A DNA stretch of 64,000 nt from a virus (IMGVR_UViG_3300011008_000032:20728-84727), one strand, 5' to 3'. Counted from the first letter of the stretch, positions 49,440-60,847 are shown. Notes: generated by a model from the letters alone, not told the origin. Program-made: numbers and translations.

Positions 49440-49457
49440 TTGTACAAAGGAGCAACT

Positions 49458-50585
49458 ATGGGTTTTAATAGTTATTATGTGGATTTATGTGTAAATAACA
49501 AAACAATAAATAGATATGAAAAACTAGGATATATAATGCCTAAAAAATTTAATGAAAAGAAAAAGAAAATAGTATATGATACTTCTCAAACTATAAAAGT
49601 TTATGTTAATGATTTACCTCAAGGATCCGGTGCTATAATGGATTATTCTTGCGATAATTGTGGTCGAAAAATTGATGTGGAATGGAGAAGATATCTTAGA
49701 TATAACTTGGATGGAAAATATTATTGTAAAGATTGTAAACACGATAATCCAAAATTTATTAAAAGGTTAAAACCAAGAAATAAAATTTCTAAAAGTAGAA
49801 GTAGTTCAGATTATAATATATTTATTAGAACAGTATTAAAAAGAGATAATTATTCTTGTCGTTGTTGTGGTGTTAAATCTAAAAATGGAAATTTAGAAGT
49901 CCATCATTTAAATGGATATCAATGGTTTATTGAGGGGAGAACAGACCCGGCTAATGGTATAACATTATGTGTTAAATGTCACGATAATTTTCATACTTTA
50001 TATGGAAAAATAAGAAATACAAAAGAGCAATTTGAAGAATGGATCAATCAAAAATTAGAAAATTTAAATAAGTATGATAAGATAACAGAATTTCCAAAGG
50101 TATATTGTATTGAAGATGACATTGTATATGAAAGTATTTATGATTGTGCAAAAATATTAAATTGTAGTAGTTCATATATTTATCAAATATGTCATGGTAC
50201 TAGATATACGTATAAAGGCAAACATTATGTTTATTATGATAAATATAATAATATGACAACTGAAGAGATTAATAGTTTATTATCCAATAATCGTTCTTAT
50301 AAAAAAATAATAAATTTAGAATTTGGAAATCTATTTAACAGTACGAAGGAAGCTTGTAATGTATATTCTATAAAAAGTGATAAAAATATGTCGGCGTGTT
50401 GTAATAAACGCAGAAAACATTCTGGTAAATATAATGGAATTTATCTTTCTTGGATATGGTATGAAGATTATATAAGACTGTTAAATGATGAGAAGATTGA
50501 TTTAATAGAGAAACATTTAGGGACTCTTGAAAGAGAGTCTTTTTTAATGCAACAATATAATTTGTTTAAAGATAAAGCTGTATAA
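49458..50585 (+). CDS. free-standing HNH homing endonuclease with NUMOD1/IENR1-like repeats
   Basis: RDNYSCRCCG...LEVHHL...NGITLCVKCHDNFH; two C-terminal HTH-like repeats. Confidence 0.9.
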   Translation: MGFNSYYVDLCVNNKTINRYEKLGYIMPKKFNEKKKKIVYDTSQTIKVYVNDLPQGSGAIMDYSCDNCGRKIDVEWRRYLRYNLDGKYYCKDCKHDNPKFIKRLKPRNKISKSRSSSDYNIFIRTVLKRDNYSCRCCGVKSKNGNLEVHHLNGYQWFIEGRTDPANGITLCVKCHDNFHTLYGKIRNTKEQFEEWINQKLENLNKYDKITEFPKVYCIEDDIVYESIYDCAKILNCSSSYIYQICHGTRYTYKGKHYVYYDKYNNMTTEEINSLLSNNRSYKKIINLEFGNLFNSTKEACNVYSIKSDKNMSACCNKRRKHSGKYNGIYLSWIWYEDYIRLLNDEKIDLIEKHLGTLERESFLMQQYNLFKDKAV

Positions 50586-50604
50586 ATGAAAGGTAGTTTT
50601 TAAT

Positions 50605-50883
50605 ATGTTTGAGACTAAAAGGATTGAAATGTTAGAAAAACGCTGTAGAGCTCTGCAGGAAGATAATCAGGAGCTCAATAAGCGTAATATGGAATTACAG
50701 GGAGAAATTAAAAGTCTCCGAGGCATTATTGATGCTGCAGATAAATATACCGAGGAACATCGCAAGGCGATGGTACTGCTTAACGAATCTCGTGCTCGTT
50801 ATGATCTTGCTTATAAGCAAATGATGAAATTGAAAAAAGAATATGAAACACGTATGGAAAAAGTTCTTAAAGGATTCGAATAA
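50605..50883 (+). CDS. coiled-coil hypothetical protein
   Basis: 92 aa heptad pattern. Confidence 0.7.
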   Translation: MFETKRIEMLEKRCRALQEDNQELNKRNMELQGEIKSLRGIIDAADKYTEEHRKAMVLLNESRARYDLAYKQMMKLKKEYETRMEKVLKGFE

Positions 50884-50904
50884 TTGTGAAAGGAGAGACA
50901 GCTT

Positions 50905-51786
50905 ATGTATTTAGTTGATTTCATTTATGATGGCTACAAGCTGTCTAATTTTGGTTGTATGGTTGGATCTGCGGTAACAGGCAATAATGATTCTATAGAG
51001 ATGGGATCATCTGTAAAACTTGAAACAGCAATAAATCATGGTTCTTATGTATCTGAAATCATTAATGCAGATTACCCAGATGTATATACTATAACATTTG
51101 ATATATTTAAGAATCCTTGTGGTAAATATAATGATGTGTTTGAAGATAAAGAAATAACATGGTTTATGCGTTGGCTTAATCGTAAAGATTATCATAAGTT
51201 TCAACCTATATATAATAATGCTCAAGATTTTTATAAGATATTTTATATGGGTACTTTTACAGATTGTAAGGCTATAAATATCCAGGGACAGGTATATGGT
51301 TTTACATTAACATTTACATCCAACTCCCCCTTCGGATATTTGGATTATCAACCAACAACTTATGATGTTGTAAATCATGGAGACACTTTTGATATAACAA
51401 ACCCATACAGTAAACTTGAAGAAACTCTCTCTGGAGGAGTATTAACTATATATGATGAATCTGAAGAATTGGGTTGTGTTTATCCAAAGAGTTTTGTTGT
51501 AACACTTTCACAGGCCGGTAGACTTGTGATATGGAATAATTTTGATAAAAAGGATAGATATACGGAAGTAAAAAATTGCGTAGCTGGAGAAGTTCTTACA
51601 TTTGATTGTATTCATAAAGTTATCACTTCAAGTGTAGAACATGAAAAGTTATATAACGATTTTAATTATGTATTCCCAAGACTCAATAATGAATTCTTTG
51701 ATAGAATGAATAAATTTTATATAACACTAAATTCTCAAGTTATAATTGATTACAATCCGATTAGAAAGGTAGGTGTAATTGCATAA
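50905..51786 (+). CDS. distal tail protein (Dit-like)
   Basis: FIYDG.KLS.FG start, WL...Y.KF, TLTF.SNSPFGY; position after tape measure. Confidence 0.75.
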   Translation: MYLVDFIYDGYKLSNFGCMVGSAVTGNNDSIEMGSSVKLETAINHGSYVSEIINADYPDVYTITFDIFKNPCGKYNDVFEDKEITWFMRWLNRKDYHKFQPIYNNAQDFYKIFYMGTFTDCKAINIQGQVYGFTLTFTSNSPFGYLDYQPTTYDVVNHGDTFDITNPYSKLEETLSGGVLTIYDESEELGCVYPKSFVVTLSQAGRLVIWNNFDKKDRYTEVKNCVAGEVLTFDCIHKVITSSVEHEKLYNDFNYVFPRLNNEFFDRMNKFYITLNSQVIIDYNPIRKVGVIA

Positions 51787-54700
51787 TGGTTGACCTTACC
51801 TTTGATAATGGGACAGTTGAGAGATTTACTCTCGTGCTCTCTCAGCGTGATTACACACATTTAGGACAAATATCTAATACAAAAGGAATAAAGTTTAAGG
51901 GAAATTTAAATGCAGCCGATGAGCTCGCATTTGAAGTTTGTAAAGAACTTGATGGACATGAAGAAATACTTTGGGATGATATATATGATCTCAGATTAGT
52001 ATGGGTACGGGAATTAGATGAGTACTTTGAGATTGACGTAGAATCTACAGATACAGTTAATATTACGAAATATATCACGGGTAAATCTCTATGCGAGTCT
52101 GAACTTTCTCAGACTGGATTACATGATATAGAAATTAACACTGCTGATGATATAGCTCGTGAAGATTATGATCCTAATTATCCTACTGTCTTCTATAGAC
52201 CTCTTAATAATTTAGATCCTGATAGTGAAGAATATAAAAAGAAAAAGAACTCTTCTCTTCTTCACCGTATTATGGATAAAGTACCCGCGTATAAGATTGG
52301 GCACGTAGATGAAACACTTATGAATTTACAGAGGATTTTCTCTATTTCAGATACTACTCTGTATGATTTCATGGTTGGAGAATGTTCTGAGCAGTTTAAT
52401 TGTCTATTCCAGTTTGATTCTGCAACAAGGACTATTTCGGCTTATGACCTTAAAACAACGTGTCATAATAATCATTGCCCTTATTACGTTAATGAAAATC
52501 ACGAATATTATTCTGGTGATAAGCATTACAAATATAAAGGGTTATTTAACGATAGATGCCCTATCTGTGGTAGTACAAATATAACTTCCTTTGGAGAAGA
52601 TACTACAGTATTTGTATCAACAGAAAATCTTACTGATGAAGTAAAATTTGATACTGATGTAGCAAGTCTTAAAAACTGTTTTAGACTTGAGGCCGGTGAC
52701 GATAATATGACCGCCGCAGTAATTAACAGTAATCCAAACGGAACAAGATATATCTATGAGTTTAATAACGATTCTAAAAAGGATATGCCTGAAGAGTTGG
52801 TTACTCTTATAGATAATTATGATGATTTATATAATGAATATAATAATATAAGAGATATGGAATTAGATGAATCTCTTATAGATGCTTTTAATGCTTTATG
52901 TGCAAAATATGATAACGATCAAGATTATCATAAGGGCGACGAATGGAAACCCATTACTCTTCCGGTATATGGATATAAGAATCTTATACCCCATTATTAT
53001 AATTGTATTGATTTTTATCAATATCTTAAGTCGAGTCTTATGCCGGTAGTTAGTATTGAAAAGACTACCGTAGAACAAGAAAAGCAAAAATTAATAGATG
53101 CGTTAATCGATGATAGATTAGTAGGTGTATCAACAACTCCCAAAGTTGTGGCTACTGTAACAAGTGCTGTACAAAACCTTTGCAAGCTCTATGTTAATAC
53201 TGGCCTTGTTAAGGTTAAAGCAGAATCGGATACGTGGGATCCGGATAATTGGCAGAGTTGGGATGGTACTATCACTTTAACTAGTTTTGAGGATGATACT
53301 GATAAAGCGATTATTCATATTCCCGAAGATACTTCTGGATCTCTTACTGTCACTCTTGATTTTGCTACTTTCATGGATCAAAAAATTAGCAAGTATATCA
53401 AACGTTCTAAAGAATCTGTAGAGTTATATGATATTCTTAAGATAAAAGATTTAAATACTTTTAAGGATCAATTGAAATATTATAGCTCAGCTAGATTACA
53501 ATCATTTCATGATGCATTGGCAGCTGTTATAGGTATACTCGCAGAAGCAGATCAGGGACATGACGGGTTTGAAAAAAGAGTATTCTCAACTGGTGAAACT
53601 GCTAATCCCCATGAAGAAGGATTATATGAGAAGAATGCTGTAGATCAATTTCAATATGATTTAACAGCTGATACAGAAGTAGTCGAAGGTAAAGAATATT
53701 ACGAAAAATCTACCACCGTTCTTAAATCATTATTGTATGATGATTTTTACAAAGAATACTATTTAAAGCTTCAAGCTGCTGAAGAAGAATTAAATCTTCG
53801 AAATCAAGAGATTGAAATAGTATATGGTACTCAGGATTCTAATGGCAATATATTAACCAAAGGTGTTCTGCAGTATATTATGGACTCGATCATTAAAGTG
53901 CAGCAAGCCCTTAATTTTAAACAGTATATATATAATAACACTGATCCAAATAGTTATGATTTATATAATGTTTATACAACTTATATTCGTGAAGATACAT
54001 ATAGTAATTCAAACTATATATCCGATGATTTAAATAATGATCAGTTATTTGAGAACGCTGGTAAATTCTTAGAGATTGCCAAGGACGAATTACATAAATC
54101 TGCTACATATCAACATTCTATTACAAGTAATCTTAATAATCTAATGGCAATTGATGAATTTAAGCCATTGCTTGATAAATTTAATCTTGGCAATTGGATT
54201 AGAATTCAAGAGGATGAGCGTGTATATAGATTACGACTTATCTCCTATTCTATTGACTTTGATAATTTATCAAAACTTGATACTGAATTTTCTGATGTGA
54301 CTATTACTGCTGATGGTATGAATGATGTTATGTCTGTTATTAAGCAAGCATCAAGTATGGCTTCTAGTTATAGTTATACTCAACAGCAAGCAGAAACTGG
54401 TTCTAAAGTACAAACTAATTATATAGATAATTGGCTTGAGAATGGTCTTAGCTCAGCACTTATTAGAATTAATAATAATGATGACGAAGATATATCTATA
54501 GACAACACAGGAATTCTTGCTCGGTCTTATGATGATGTGTCAGAAACACATGATCCTGAACAGTTAAGAATTACTCATAATGTTATTGCATTTACCGATG
54601 ATAATTGGCAAAGTGTCAAAACATCATTAGGTAAATTCAGTATGACTCATCATTACGTAAATTCTGATGGATTAAACTTAAATAAAGACGCTATAAGTCG

Positions 54701-55850
54701 TTACGATGAATACGGTCTTGTAGCTAACGCCGTCCTTTCTGGATGGGTAGTTGGTAGTTATATAGAAGGCGGAAATATTATCGCTAGTCATTACCAAACT
54801 CCTGGCAACGAATCATATATTGATATGAGTGATGATGTCAAGACAGACGGTAAAAAGATGTTTATAAAATTAAAAGATGCTTTTACCGTTGATAAAAATG
54901 GAAACGCTAAGGTCAAGGGCGAGATAACTGCTACTAGTGGTAAAATTGGTAATTGGACTTTAATGCCGATTACTAGTGATTATTTTTATGGAGCCGGTGC
55001 ATTATATTATAAGGATAAAGATTCAGATATTATGGGTTATGATCCATATACAGCAATATTATCTCCTAAAGGGTGTTATATGAAACCCGGTGCCAATCAG
55101 ACAAGATTTGGATGGAAAGCTAATTCTGCTACTGACGAAGAGATATTTATATTAGGCGTTGGACAATATTTTGGTGTAAATAACGAAGGTAAATTATATG
55201 CTAAGAATATTAATGTTTCAGGAGAAATAGTTGCTGAAAGTGGACAAATTGGTGCTTGGCATATAGATCTGTTATCCTCTAACCCTGATGACTATGAGGT
55301 TGGAAGTGGAGCTTTATACTACAATGCTGAAAATCCTACAAATACTTATCTTCTAGCTCCTAATGGGACTAAGAATAATTATGGTTTGTCAGATTCGAGT
55401 ATTACTGCTAGAAAATGGAATATACGTTTTGGAAACAATTTTGGTATAGACACCAATGGAAATGCCTTTTTATGTGGAAATATATATGCCAATGCTGGTA
55501 ATATTGGTGGTTGGACTATAGAGTCCGAAGGATTAAAAAAAGCTGTTGGTAGTTATGCTACGTGGGTAACTCCAGAGTATATACATTTAGTACATTCTCC
55601 TTCATGGAGACAATTTCTAATAAATCCCGGGAGGGATCTTTTTGGAATAGTTGTTAATTATACTTCTGGCGGAGGTTTTGTTGTAACTAGCGGATCCGGT
55701 ACTATAGATCACACATCATCATTAAAAAGAGATAACTACGTTTGTATATCACCTACCGGAATATCAAAAAATGGTGGTGATACTGTTGTATGGTATAGTA
55801 GTATGAGTAGTATTATTGACGATAGATTACGACATCATGGTTTAATATAA
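51786..55850 (+). CDS. tail tip/baseplate hub protein (Tal/YomG-like) with C-terminal fibre-like region
   Basis: 1354 aa following Dit; Cys-rich insert CHNNHCP...CPICG; repeated G.I.A.SG.IG.W motifs at the C-terminus. Confidence 0.72.
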   Translation: MVDLTFDNGTVERFTLVLSQRDYTHLGQISNTKGIKFKGNLNAADELAFEVCKELDGHEEILWDDIYDLRLVWVRELDEYFEIDVESTDTVNITKYITGKSLCESELSQTGLHDIEINTADDIAREDYDPNYPTVFYRPLNNLDPDSEEYKKKKNSSLLHRIMDKVPAYKIGHVDETLMNLQRIFSISDTTLYDFMVGECSEQFNCLFQFDSATRTISAYDLKTTCHNNHCPYYVNENHEYYSGDKHYKYKGLFNDRCPICGSTNITSFGEDTTVFVSTENLTDEVKFDTDVASLKNCFRLEAGDDNMTAAVINSNPNGTRYIYEFNNDSKKDMPEELVTLIDNYDDLYNEYNNIRDMELDESLIDAFNALCAKYDNDQDYHKGDEWKPITLPVYGYKNLIPHYYNCIDFYQYLKSSLMPVVSIEKTTVEQEKQKLIDALIDDRLVGVSTTPKVVATVTSAVQNLCKLYVNTGLVKVKAESDTWDPDNWQSWDGTITLTSFEDDTDKAIIHIPEDTSGSLTVTLDFATFMDQKISKYIKRSKESVELYDILKIKDLNTFKDQLKYYSSARLQSFHDALAAVIGILAEADQGHDGFEKRVFSTGETANPHEEGLYEKNAVDQFQYDLTADTEVVEGKEYYEKSTTVLKSLLYDDFYKEYYLKLQAAEEELNLRNQEIEIVYGTQDSNGNILTKGVLQYIMDSIIKVQQALNFKQYIYNNTDPNSYDLYNVYTTYIREDTYSNSNYISDDLNNDQLFENAGKFLEIAKDELHKSATYQHSITSNLNNLMAIDEFKPLLDKFNLGNWIRIQEDERVYRLRLISYSIDFDNLSKLDTEFSDVTITADGMNDVMSVIKQASSMASSYSYTQQQAETGSKVQTNYIDNWLENGLSSALIRINNNDDEDISIDNTGILARSYDDVSETHDPEQLRITHNVIAFTDDNWQSVKTSLGKFSMTHHYVNSDGLNLNKDAISRYDEYGLVANAVLSGWVVGSYIEGGNIIASHYQTPGNESYIDMSDDVKTDGKKMFIKLKDAFTVDKNGNAKVKGEITATSGKIGNWTLMPITSDYFYGAGALYYKDKDSDIMGYDPYTAILSPKGCYMKPGANQTRFGWKANSATDEEIFILGVGQYFGVNNEGKLYAKNINVSGEIVAESGQIGAWHIDLLSSNPDDYEVGSGALYYNAENPTNTYLLAPNGTKNNYGLSDSSITARKWNIRFGNNFGIDTNGNAFLCGNIYANAGNIGGWTIESEGLKKAVGSYATWVTPEYIHLVHSPSWRQFLINPGRDLFGIVVNYTSGGGFVVTSGSGTIDHTSSLKRDNYVCISPTGISKNGGDTVVWYSSMSSIIDDRLRHHGLI

Positions 55851-55870
55851 AAGATTAAAAGGAGACTAAA

Positions 55871-56086
55871 ATGGATAAACCACTATCAATAAAAATACAG
55901 GAATTTCAACAAGCAATTTCCAAAGTAATTGATCAATCTGAACTTCCTATATATATATTAAAATACCAAATTAAAGATTTATTATTTGAAATTGAAAAAG
56001 TTGAGCAAAATTTTACTCAAAAAGAAATTTCAGAATATTATAAATCTCAAGAACAATCAGAGGAGGAAACTCCTACAGAAACTTAA
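55871..56086 (+). CDS. small hypothetical tail-region protein
   Basis: 71 aa, strong RBS. Confidence 0.65.
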   Translation: MDKPLSIKIQEFQQAISKVIDQSELPIYILKYQIKDLLFEIEKVEQNFTQKEISEYYKSQEQSEEETPTET

Positions 56087-56101
56087 TGAAAGGAGTAAAA
56101 T

Positions 56102-57835
56102 ATGGCTGTAACAAGTGTTATTGGTAAACAAATTATCAATGTTGATAATGATACCAATTATTATTTCGTTGTTGCCCCTCAAGGTGACAGTCAGGCCAGA
56201 TATGTGGATATAACATTGACCACAAATGGCGGTACTCCATATATCATACCAACTGGTAGCACTATTATTCTTGAAGGTAAGAATGCCGGAGGGTATAACA
56301 TTTTTAATTCATGTGATTTATCTCAAGATAGAATGGATGAAATACGTGTTCCACTTACAAATGGCGTTTTATCTTTTGCTGGAGTAGGAAAATATATCAT
56401 TGGTATATATCACAATGAAACATATATTAATTCTTTCTCATTTAATATAGTTGTTACTGAGGCTCCGTATGATGTAATTGCTTTAGAAGCATCAGATTCA
56501 TATGAAGCATTAAATGAAATAATAGCGAGAGCTGCTGATTCAAATGGATGGATAGTAAATACTATAGATCCAATTATTGATGCCGAATGCCCCGAAGGTA
56601 CGCATAAAAATGATTATTATTTAAATGCAAATACTGGAGATGTTTTTTATGCCAAATTAGATACAACTACTAATACTTTAAAATGGGATAAGGTAATTAA
56701 TGAACTTACACATGAACAATTAAATATTCTTGAAAAAATGTATGTTCGTTATGCGGATGATATTTATGGAGGCGGGTTCAGTAAAATTTCAGTAGGTAAG
56801 GCTTATATAGGTTTTTATGGATCAGTTAACAAAGAAAATGACAGTGATCCAAATTTAGATATAAATATTCCTTCAAATTATCATTGGTCTTTATTAGGCG
56901 AAATGGTTAATGAAAACTTATCTACTGTTTTATATGGTACGAGTAATGATAAAACTATAGAACCATCAGTGTGGTCTACTGAAATACCAGATGTTGAGAA
57001 CGATGAATTTTTATGGACTAAAGTAGATTTAGTATTTGTAAGTGGGGCACATGTAGGATATAAAACAGCTGTTGCTTATCATATAGATGCTGGATTTGCT
57101 GAAAATGCTGTAACAGCTTCAGTCATTCCTTCTCTAGGGAAACCCAATGTTAATGTGACTGAAAGCGGCGGAGCGGTTAATAAATCTTTTGATTTAGCAT
57201 TTGAAATTAGGGGTGGAACTTGGAAATTTGGTACACAATTATCTGGTTCAGGATCTATAACTAGTACTATTTTTAATGAAACTAATACTGTTGTAGGAGA
57301 TACTTATGTCAACACTACAACCAAACAAGTATATGAATGTACCTCCGTATCCAGAGCTAATTCAATTTGGAATCAATCATTTGCTCTTGATACTATTACC
57401 GTAATTGACGATTTAAGTAATACACTAAGATTTTATGGAACAATAATACCTGGAGATACTTCAATAATAATCAATGAGTCTAATCCTCATTCGGGGAATG
57501 CTTTGTTGAATATTTTAAATGATTCTGATGCATCCGGTGATACATATTGTTATCATATAGGATTTAAATGTTCAAAACCAAAAGTTGCACCTCGTTCGTA
57601 TATTGTAAATATTGGAGATAGTAAAATAACTGCTAGCCTTGAATTTAGAAATGTGGCAAAAAATATGGAGATAATTCCTGTAGGAACAGAAAATCCCCAA
57701 GCCTTAGGGTGGTATGAGGTTAATCCATCGTCTTCTACGGGATATTCATTAACAGCAGATACTTCCGTAATTTTAACTAAAAAATATTACGAAACTGCAG
57801 AAATATGTATGGAAGTAATAAAGAAGAATCGATAA
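56102..57835 (+). CDS. BppU-like baseplate/receptor-binding adaptor protein
   Basis: N-terminal PQGDSQARYVDITL...PYIIP matches BppU N-domain pattern. Confidence 0.65.
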   Translation: MAVTSVIGKQIINVDNDTNYYFVVAPQGDSQARYVDITLTTNGGTPYIIPTGSTIILEGKNAGGYNIFNSCDLSQDRMDEIRVPLTNGVLSFAGVGKYIIGIYHNETYINSFSFNIVVTEAPYDVIALEASDSYEALNEIIARAADSNGWIVNTIDPIIDAECPEGTHKNDYYLNANTGDVFYAKLDTTTNTLKWDKVINELTHEQLNILEKMYVRYADDIYGGGFSKISVGKAYIGFYGSVNKENDSDPNLDINIPSNYHWSLLGEMVNENLSTVLYGTSNDKTIEPSVWSTEIPDVENDEFLWTKVDLVFVSGAHVGYKTAVAYHIDAGFAENAVTASVIPSLGKPNVNVTESGGAVNKSFDLAFEIRGGTWKFGTQLSGSGSITSTIFNETNTVVGDTYVNTTTKQVYECTSVSRANSIWNQSFALDTITVIDDLSNTLRFYGTIIPGDTSIIINESNPHSGNALLNILNDSDASGDTYCYHIGFKCSKPKVAPRSYIVNIGDSKITASLEFRNVAKNMEIIPVGTENPQALGWYEVNPSSSTGYSLTADTSVILTKKYYETAEICMEVIKKNR

Positions 57836-57869
57836 AAAGGATATTTATTAAATAGAAAGGAAATATGAA

Positions 57870-58340
57870 ATGGAATATATAGATTTATTTAATCAGATAT
57901 CCTTAGGCACTCTTATTGCGTGGATACTTGCTATTGGTTTTCTTGTTTTAGGCATATATAAATTTGTAGAAAAATATCGTGTATTTAGAAATGATTTTGA
58001 AAAAAGAAATAAAAAAGTTTTAGAACATGATGCCACGATAGATAATATCAATAAAGACCTCATTGAGATGAATAATAAGATAGATAACATTACTGATATT
58101 TTAAACAAAGTAGTAGTGGATGCAGATCAGCGCGAAGCAAGACGGCTAAGGCGTGAAATCTTGAAATTCAGTGATAATATCAGAAATGGTAAAACTCCTT
58201 CAAAGGATGCATTCCAAGATATTATTGAAAGTAATGCTGAATACGAAAACATAATAACAAAGAGACAAATTAAGAATGGATTTACTGAACATGAAATGAT
58301 ATTCATAGAGAACAAGTATGATGAACTCTACGGAGGATGA
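57870..58340 (+). CDS. membrane-anchored coiled-coil protein (holin-module)
   Basis: N-terminal TM segment followed by coiled coil. Confidence 0.6.
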   Translation: MEYIDLFNQISLGTLIAWILAIGFLVLGIYKFVEKYRVFRNDFEKRNKKVLEHDATIDNINKDLIEMNNKIDNITDILNKVVVDADQREARRLRREILKFSDNIRNGKTPSKDAFQDIIESNAEYENIITKRQIKNGFTEHEMIFIENKYDELYGG

Positions 58341-58344
58341 TCAT

Positions 58345-58716
58345 ATGACAAAGATTGAAAAAATAATGGAGATCATGGCTCGTAGATATGCCAAACGACA
58401 GAAATTCAAACAGAAGTTAAACAAGATTAAATACGGTGAAAATGGTAAGCGAAAAATGGCAATGGGTAAGAAATTAACAATATTCTTACTCATTAATTTT
58501 ACGCTTATAGAACTCTATACTTTATATATTATGTATTATTTGAGAGATATAAGCGCTCTTCCAACCCTTATTACTGCAGTAATAGGTGATGCCATAACAC
58601 TTATTGTTTATCAGATTAAATCTCTTAAAGAAAATACTTCTAACACCGGATTTATGTATGAACTTAGAATGAAGGATGCCGAAAATGGCATAGTTGATGA
58701 CGAAGCCGTTGGATAA
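58345..58716 (+). CDS. two-TM membrane protein (holin-like)
   Basis: Two hydrophobic segments then KSLKENT; start ATG 58345 after GGAGG. Confidence 0.55.
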   Translation: MTKIEKIMEIMARRYAKRQKFKQKLNKIKYGENGKRKMAMGKKLTIFLLINFTLIELYTLYIMYYLRDISALPTLITAVIGDAITLIVYQIKSLKENTSNTGFMYELRMKDAENGIVDDEAVG

Positions 58717-58731
58717 CAAGGAGAAATTAAT

Positions 58732-59052
58732 ATGAGTATTACTTTATTTATAACAATATTAACAATTGGTGGAATGGTTACTGCTCTGCTTACGGAAGCA
58801 ATCAAGAAGATGTATGCAAACATGAAGAAAGATTACTCAGCTAATATTATCGCACTTGTAAACGCGATAGTTGTTGGTTGTGGTGGTACTGCTGTTGTAT
58901 ACATGCTTATGAATATACCGTGGACTGTTAATAACATCATTTGTATGATTCTTATGGCGGTAGCGGTATGGATTGCAAGCATGCTTGGTTTTGACAAAGT
59001 ATTGCAGACAGTAAATCAGATAGCAAATATAAGTAAAGAAAAGTCTGAATAA
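58732..59052 (+). CDS. putative holin
   Basis: 106 aa with three hydrophobic segments, ending GFDKVLQTVNQI. Confidence 0.65.
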   Translation: MSITLFITILTIGGMVTALLTEAIKKMYANMKKDYSANIIALVNAIVVGCGGTAVVYMLMNIPWTVNNIICMILMAVAVWIASMLGFDKVLQTVNQIANISKEKSE

Positions 59053-59083
59053 AACTTTTCTTTTATTTAGTTAAGGAGGAAAC

Positions 59084-59293
59084 ATGGTTTCTTGTACAAA
59101 ATACAATAGGGATCAGGATTATGCTGAATTCTATGCTGATACAAAAGCAGAACTGGCAAACCTCCCGAATCTTACCCAAGATGGTAAGGCAGAATTACAA
59201 CACATGAATAAGGTCAGCGCAGGTTCGATATGTTTACTCGGTGACAGTACTGTATATGTACTCAAGGGTAATAATACTTGGGGATTACTATAA
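59084..59293 (+). CDS. small hypothetical protein
   Basis: 69 aa; ADTKAELANLP...AGSICL...VYVL..NNTW. Confidence 0.65.
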   Translation: MVSCTKYNRDQDYAEFYADTKAELANLPNLTQDGKAELQHMNKVSAGSICLLGDSTVYVLKGNNTWGLL

Positions 59294-59302
59294 AATAGGG
59301 AG

Positions 59303-60835
59303 GTGATTATTATAGATGCTGTAACTCTCGCCCTTTGTCGGCGTTATGTAAATGATTCCCTTATTGGTATTGGAGCTCTTAAAGGTGCTCCGTGTGAAGT
59401 TGATAGTATATCAAAAACTGATTTAACTACGACTATTACTCTCAAATGGACGGACACTACCGGAACGGATCACTTTGATTCTTTTGATATAGAAGATGGT
59501 GTTGGAATTACTGGTGCATCTATAGATGATAATGGTAACTTAAAAATACTTCTTACTGACGGAACTGAAATAGATTGTGGAAAGGTAAATTCACAATTTA
59601 CTACTCTTCCAACTCCCAGTGCTTCTAATGTTGGAGCTGTTCTTCAATATGTAGGCTCTACCACTTCTCAATACACAAAAGGATATTTTTATGAATGTGT
59701 ATTAGACGGAAGCGTTTATAAATGGGAACAAATAGACGTGCAAGAAGGTGGCGGTGGCCCTGTACAACCGGCAAAGATGTTGGTTGGCACAATGCTTGCA
59801 GCTAATTGGGTAGGCAATACTCAAACTGTTACTGTAAATGGAGTAGATGCATCAACCAATGGTGTAATCGGTCTTTTAAATTCGGCAACGGATACTGAAA
59901 TTGCAGATGCAAGAAAGGCTCTTCTTACGGTTACATCTGTTGGAACAAACACGGTTACTTTTAAATGTGAAAAAGTTCCCGCTGGTGATATCAGTTTCGG
60001 AATTCTTATTCCGGGCGGTGGTTCAGGCGGTGGTGGATCCGCAGAACTCATGAATGATTTAACCGCCTCTTTAACAGTTGGAGGCATTAGAAGTGGCGAA
60101 CATTATCCCGCAGGAACATCTCTAGAGACGATTCTTAATAATCTCTTAAATCCTGTAATGTTCCCGACTCTTACAAATCCTTCAGCAAGTATATCTGGTG
60201 GTACTACTCTTATCGAAAAAGGTGCAACCGAAAGCAGAACAATCACGGTTTCGTTCAATCGTGGTTCAATTAATCCTGCATATGGTACATCTGGTTATAG
60301 GTCTGGAGCTGCAATAGATTATTCATTGAATGGTGGAACTGCTCAATCTGGAAATACGTTCCCTCTGACTATTACTGAATCCAATAAAACTTTCAAGGGT
60401 AAAGTTAATTATTCAGCAGGTGAACAGCCCAAAGATAGCAAGGGCAACAACTATAGCTCTCCTCTTCCGGCTGGATATGTCGAAACGAGCACATTGACTT
60501 ATGAGTTTGTAGAAGCTATATGGGCAAACACGGCTGATATTACTACTGTTGCTAAAACTGCTCTTGTGTCTAAATCTGCTAAACAAAAAGATTTAGTATT
60601 TCCTGCTCAAACTGTAGCTAATCCAGAAGTATTTGATATACCCGATTCGTGGACGGTTACGGCAATTCAGGTTAAAAATGATCTAACTGGATCATGGGAT
60701 GATTGTTCGGCTGAATTTACACAATCGAGCGAAACGCATCCAGACGCAAGCGGAGCTGCTGTTAATTATACAAGATATACTTTTAATTTAGGATATGATA
60801 CAGGCTCAAGACAAATTAGGGTTAAATGGTCTTAA
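59303..60835 (+). CDS. modular fibre/adhesin-like virion protein A
   Basis: Thr/Gly-rich beta-type modules; C-terminal ~260 aa paralogous to the next gene; start uncertain. Confidence 0.6.
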   Translation: MIIIDAVTLALCRRYVNDSLIGIGALKGAPCEVDSISKTDLTTTITLKWTDTTGTDHFDSFDIEDGVGITGASIDDNGNLKILLTDGTEIDCGKVNSQFTTLPTPSASNVGAVLQYVGSTTSQYTKGYFYECVLDGSVYKWEQIDVQEGGGGPVQPAKMLVGTMLAANWVGNTQTVTVNGVDASTNGVIGLLNSATDTEIADARKALLTVTSVGTNTVTFKCEKVPAGDISFGILIPGGGSGGGGSAELMNDLTASLTVGGIRSGEHYPAGTSLETILNNLLNPVMFPTLTNPSASISGGTTLIEKGATESRTITVSFNRGSINPAYGTSGYRSGAAIDYSLNGGTAQSGNTFPLTITESNKTFKGKVNYSAGEQPKDSKGNNYSSPLPAGYVETSTLTYEFVEAIWANTADITTVAKTALVSKSAKQKDLVFPAQTVANPEVFDIPDSWTVTAIQVKNDLTGSWDDCSAEFTQSSETHPDASGAAVNYTRYTFNLGYDTGSRQIRVKWS

Positions 60836-60847
60836 TTTTATAAATAT

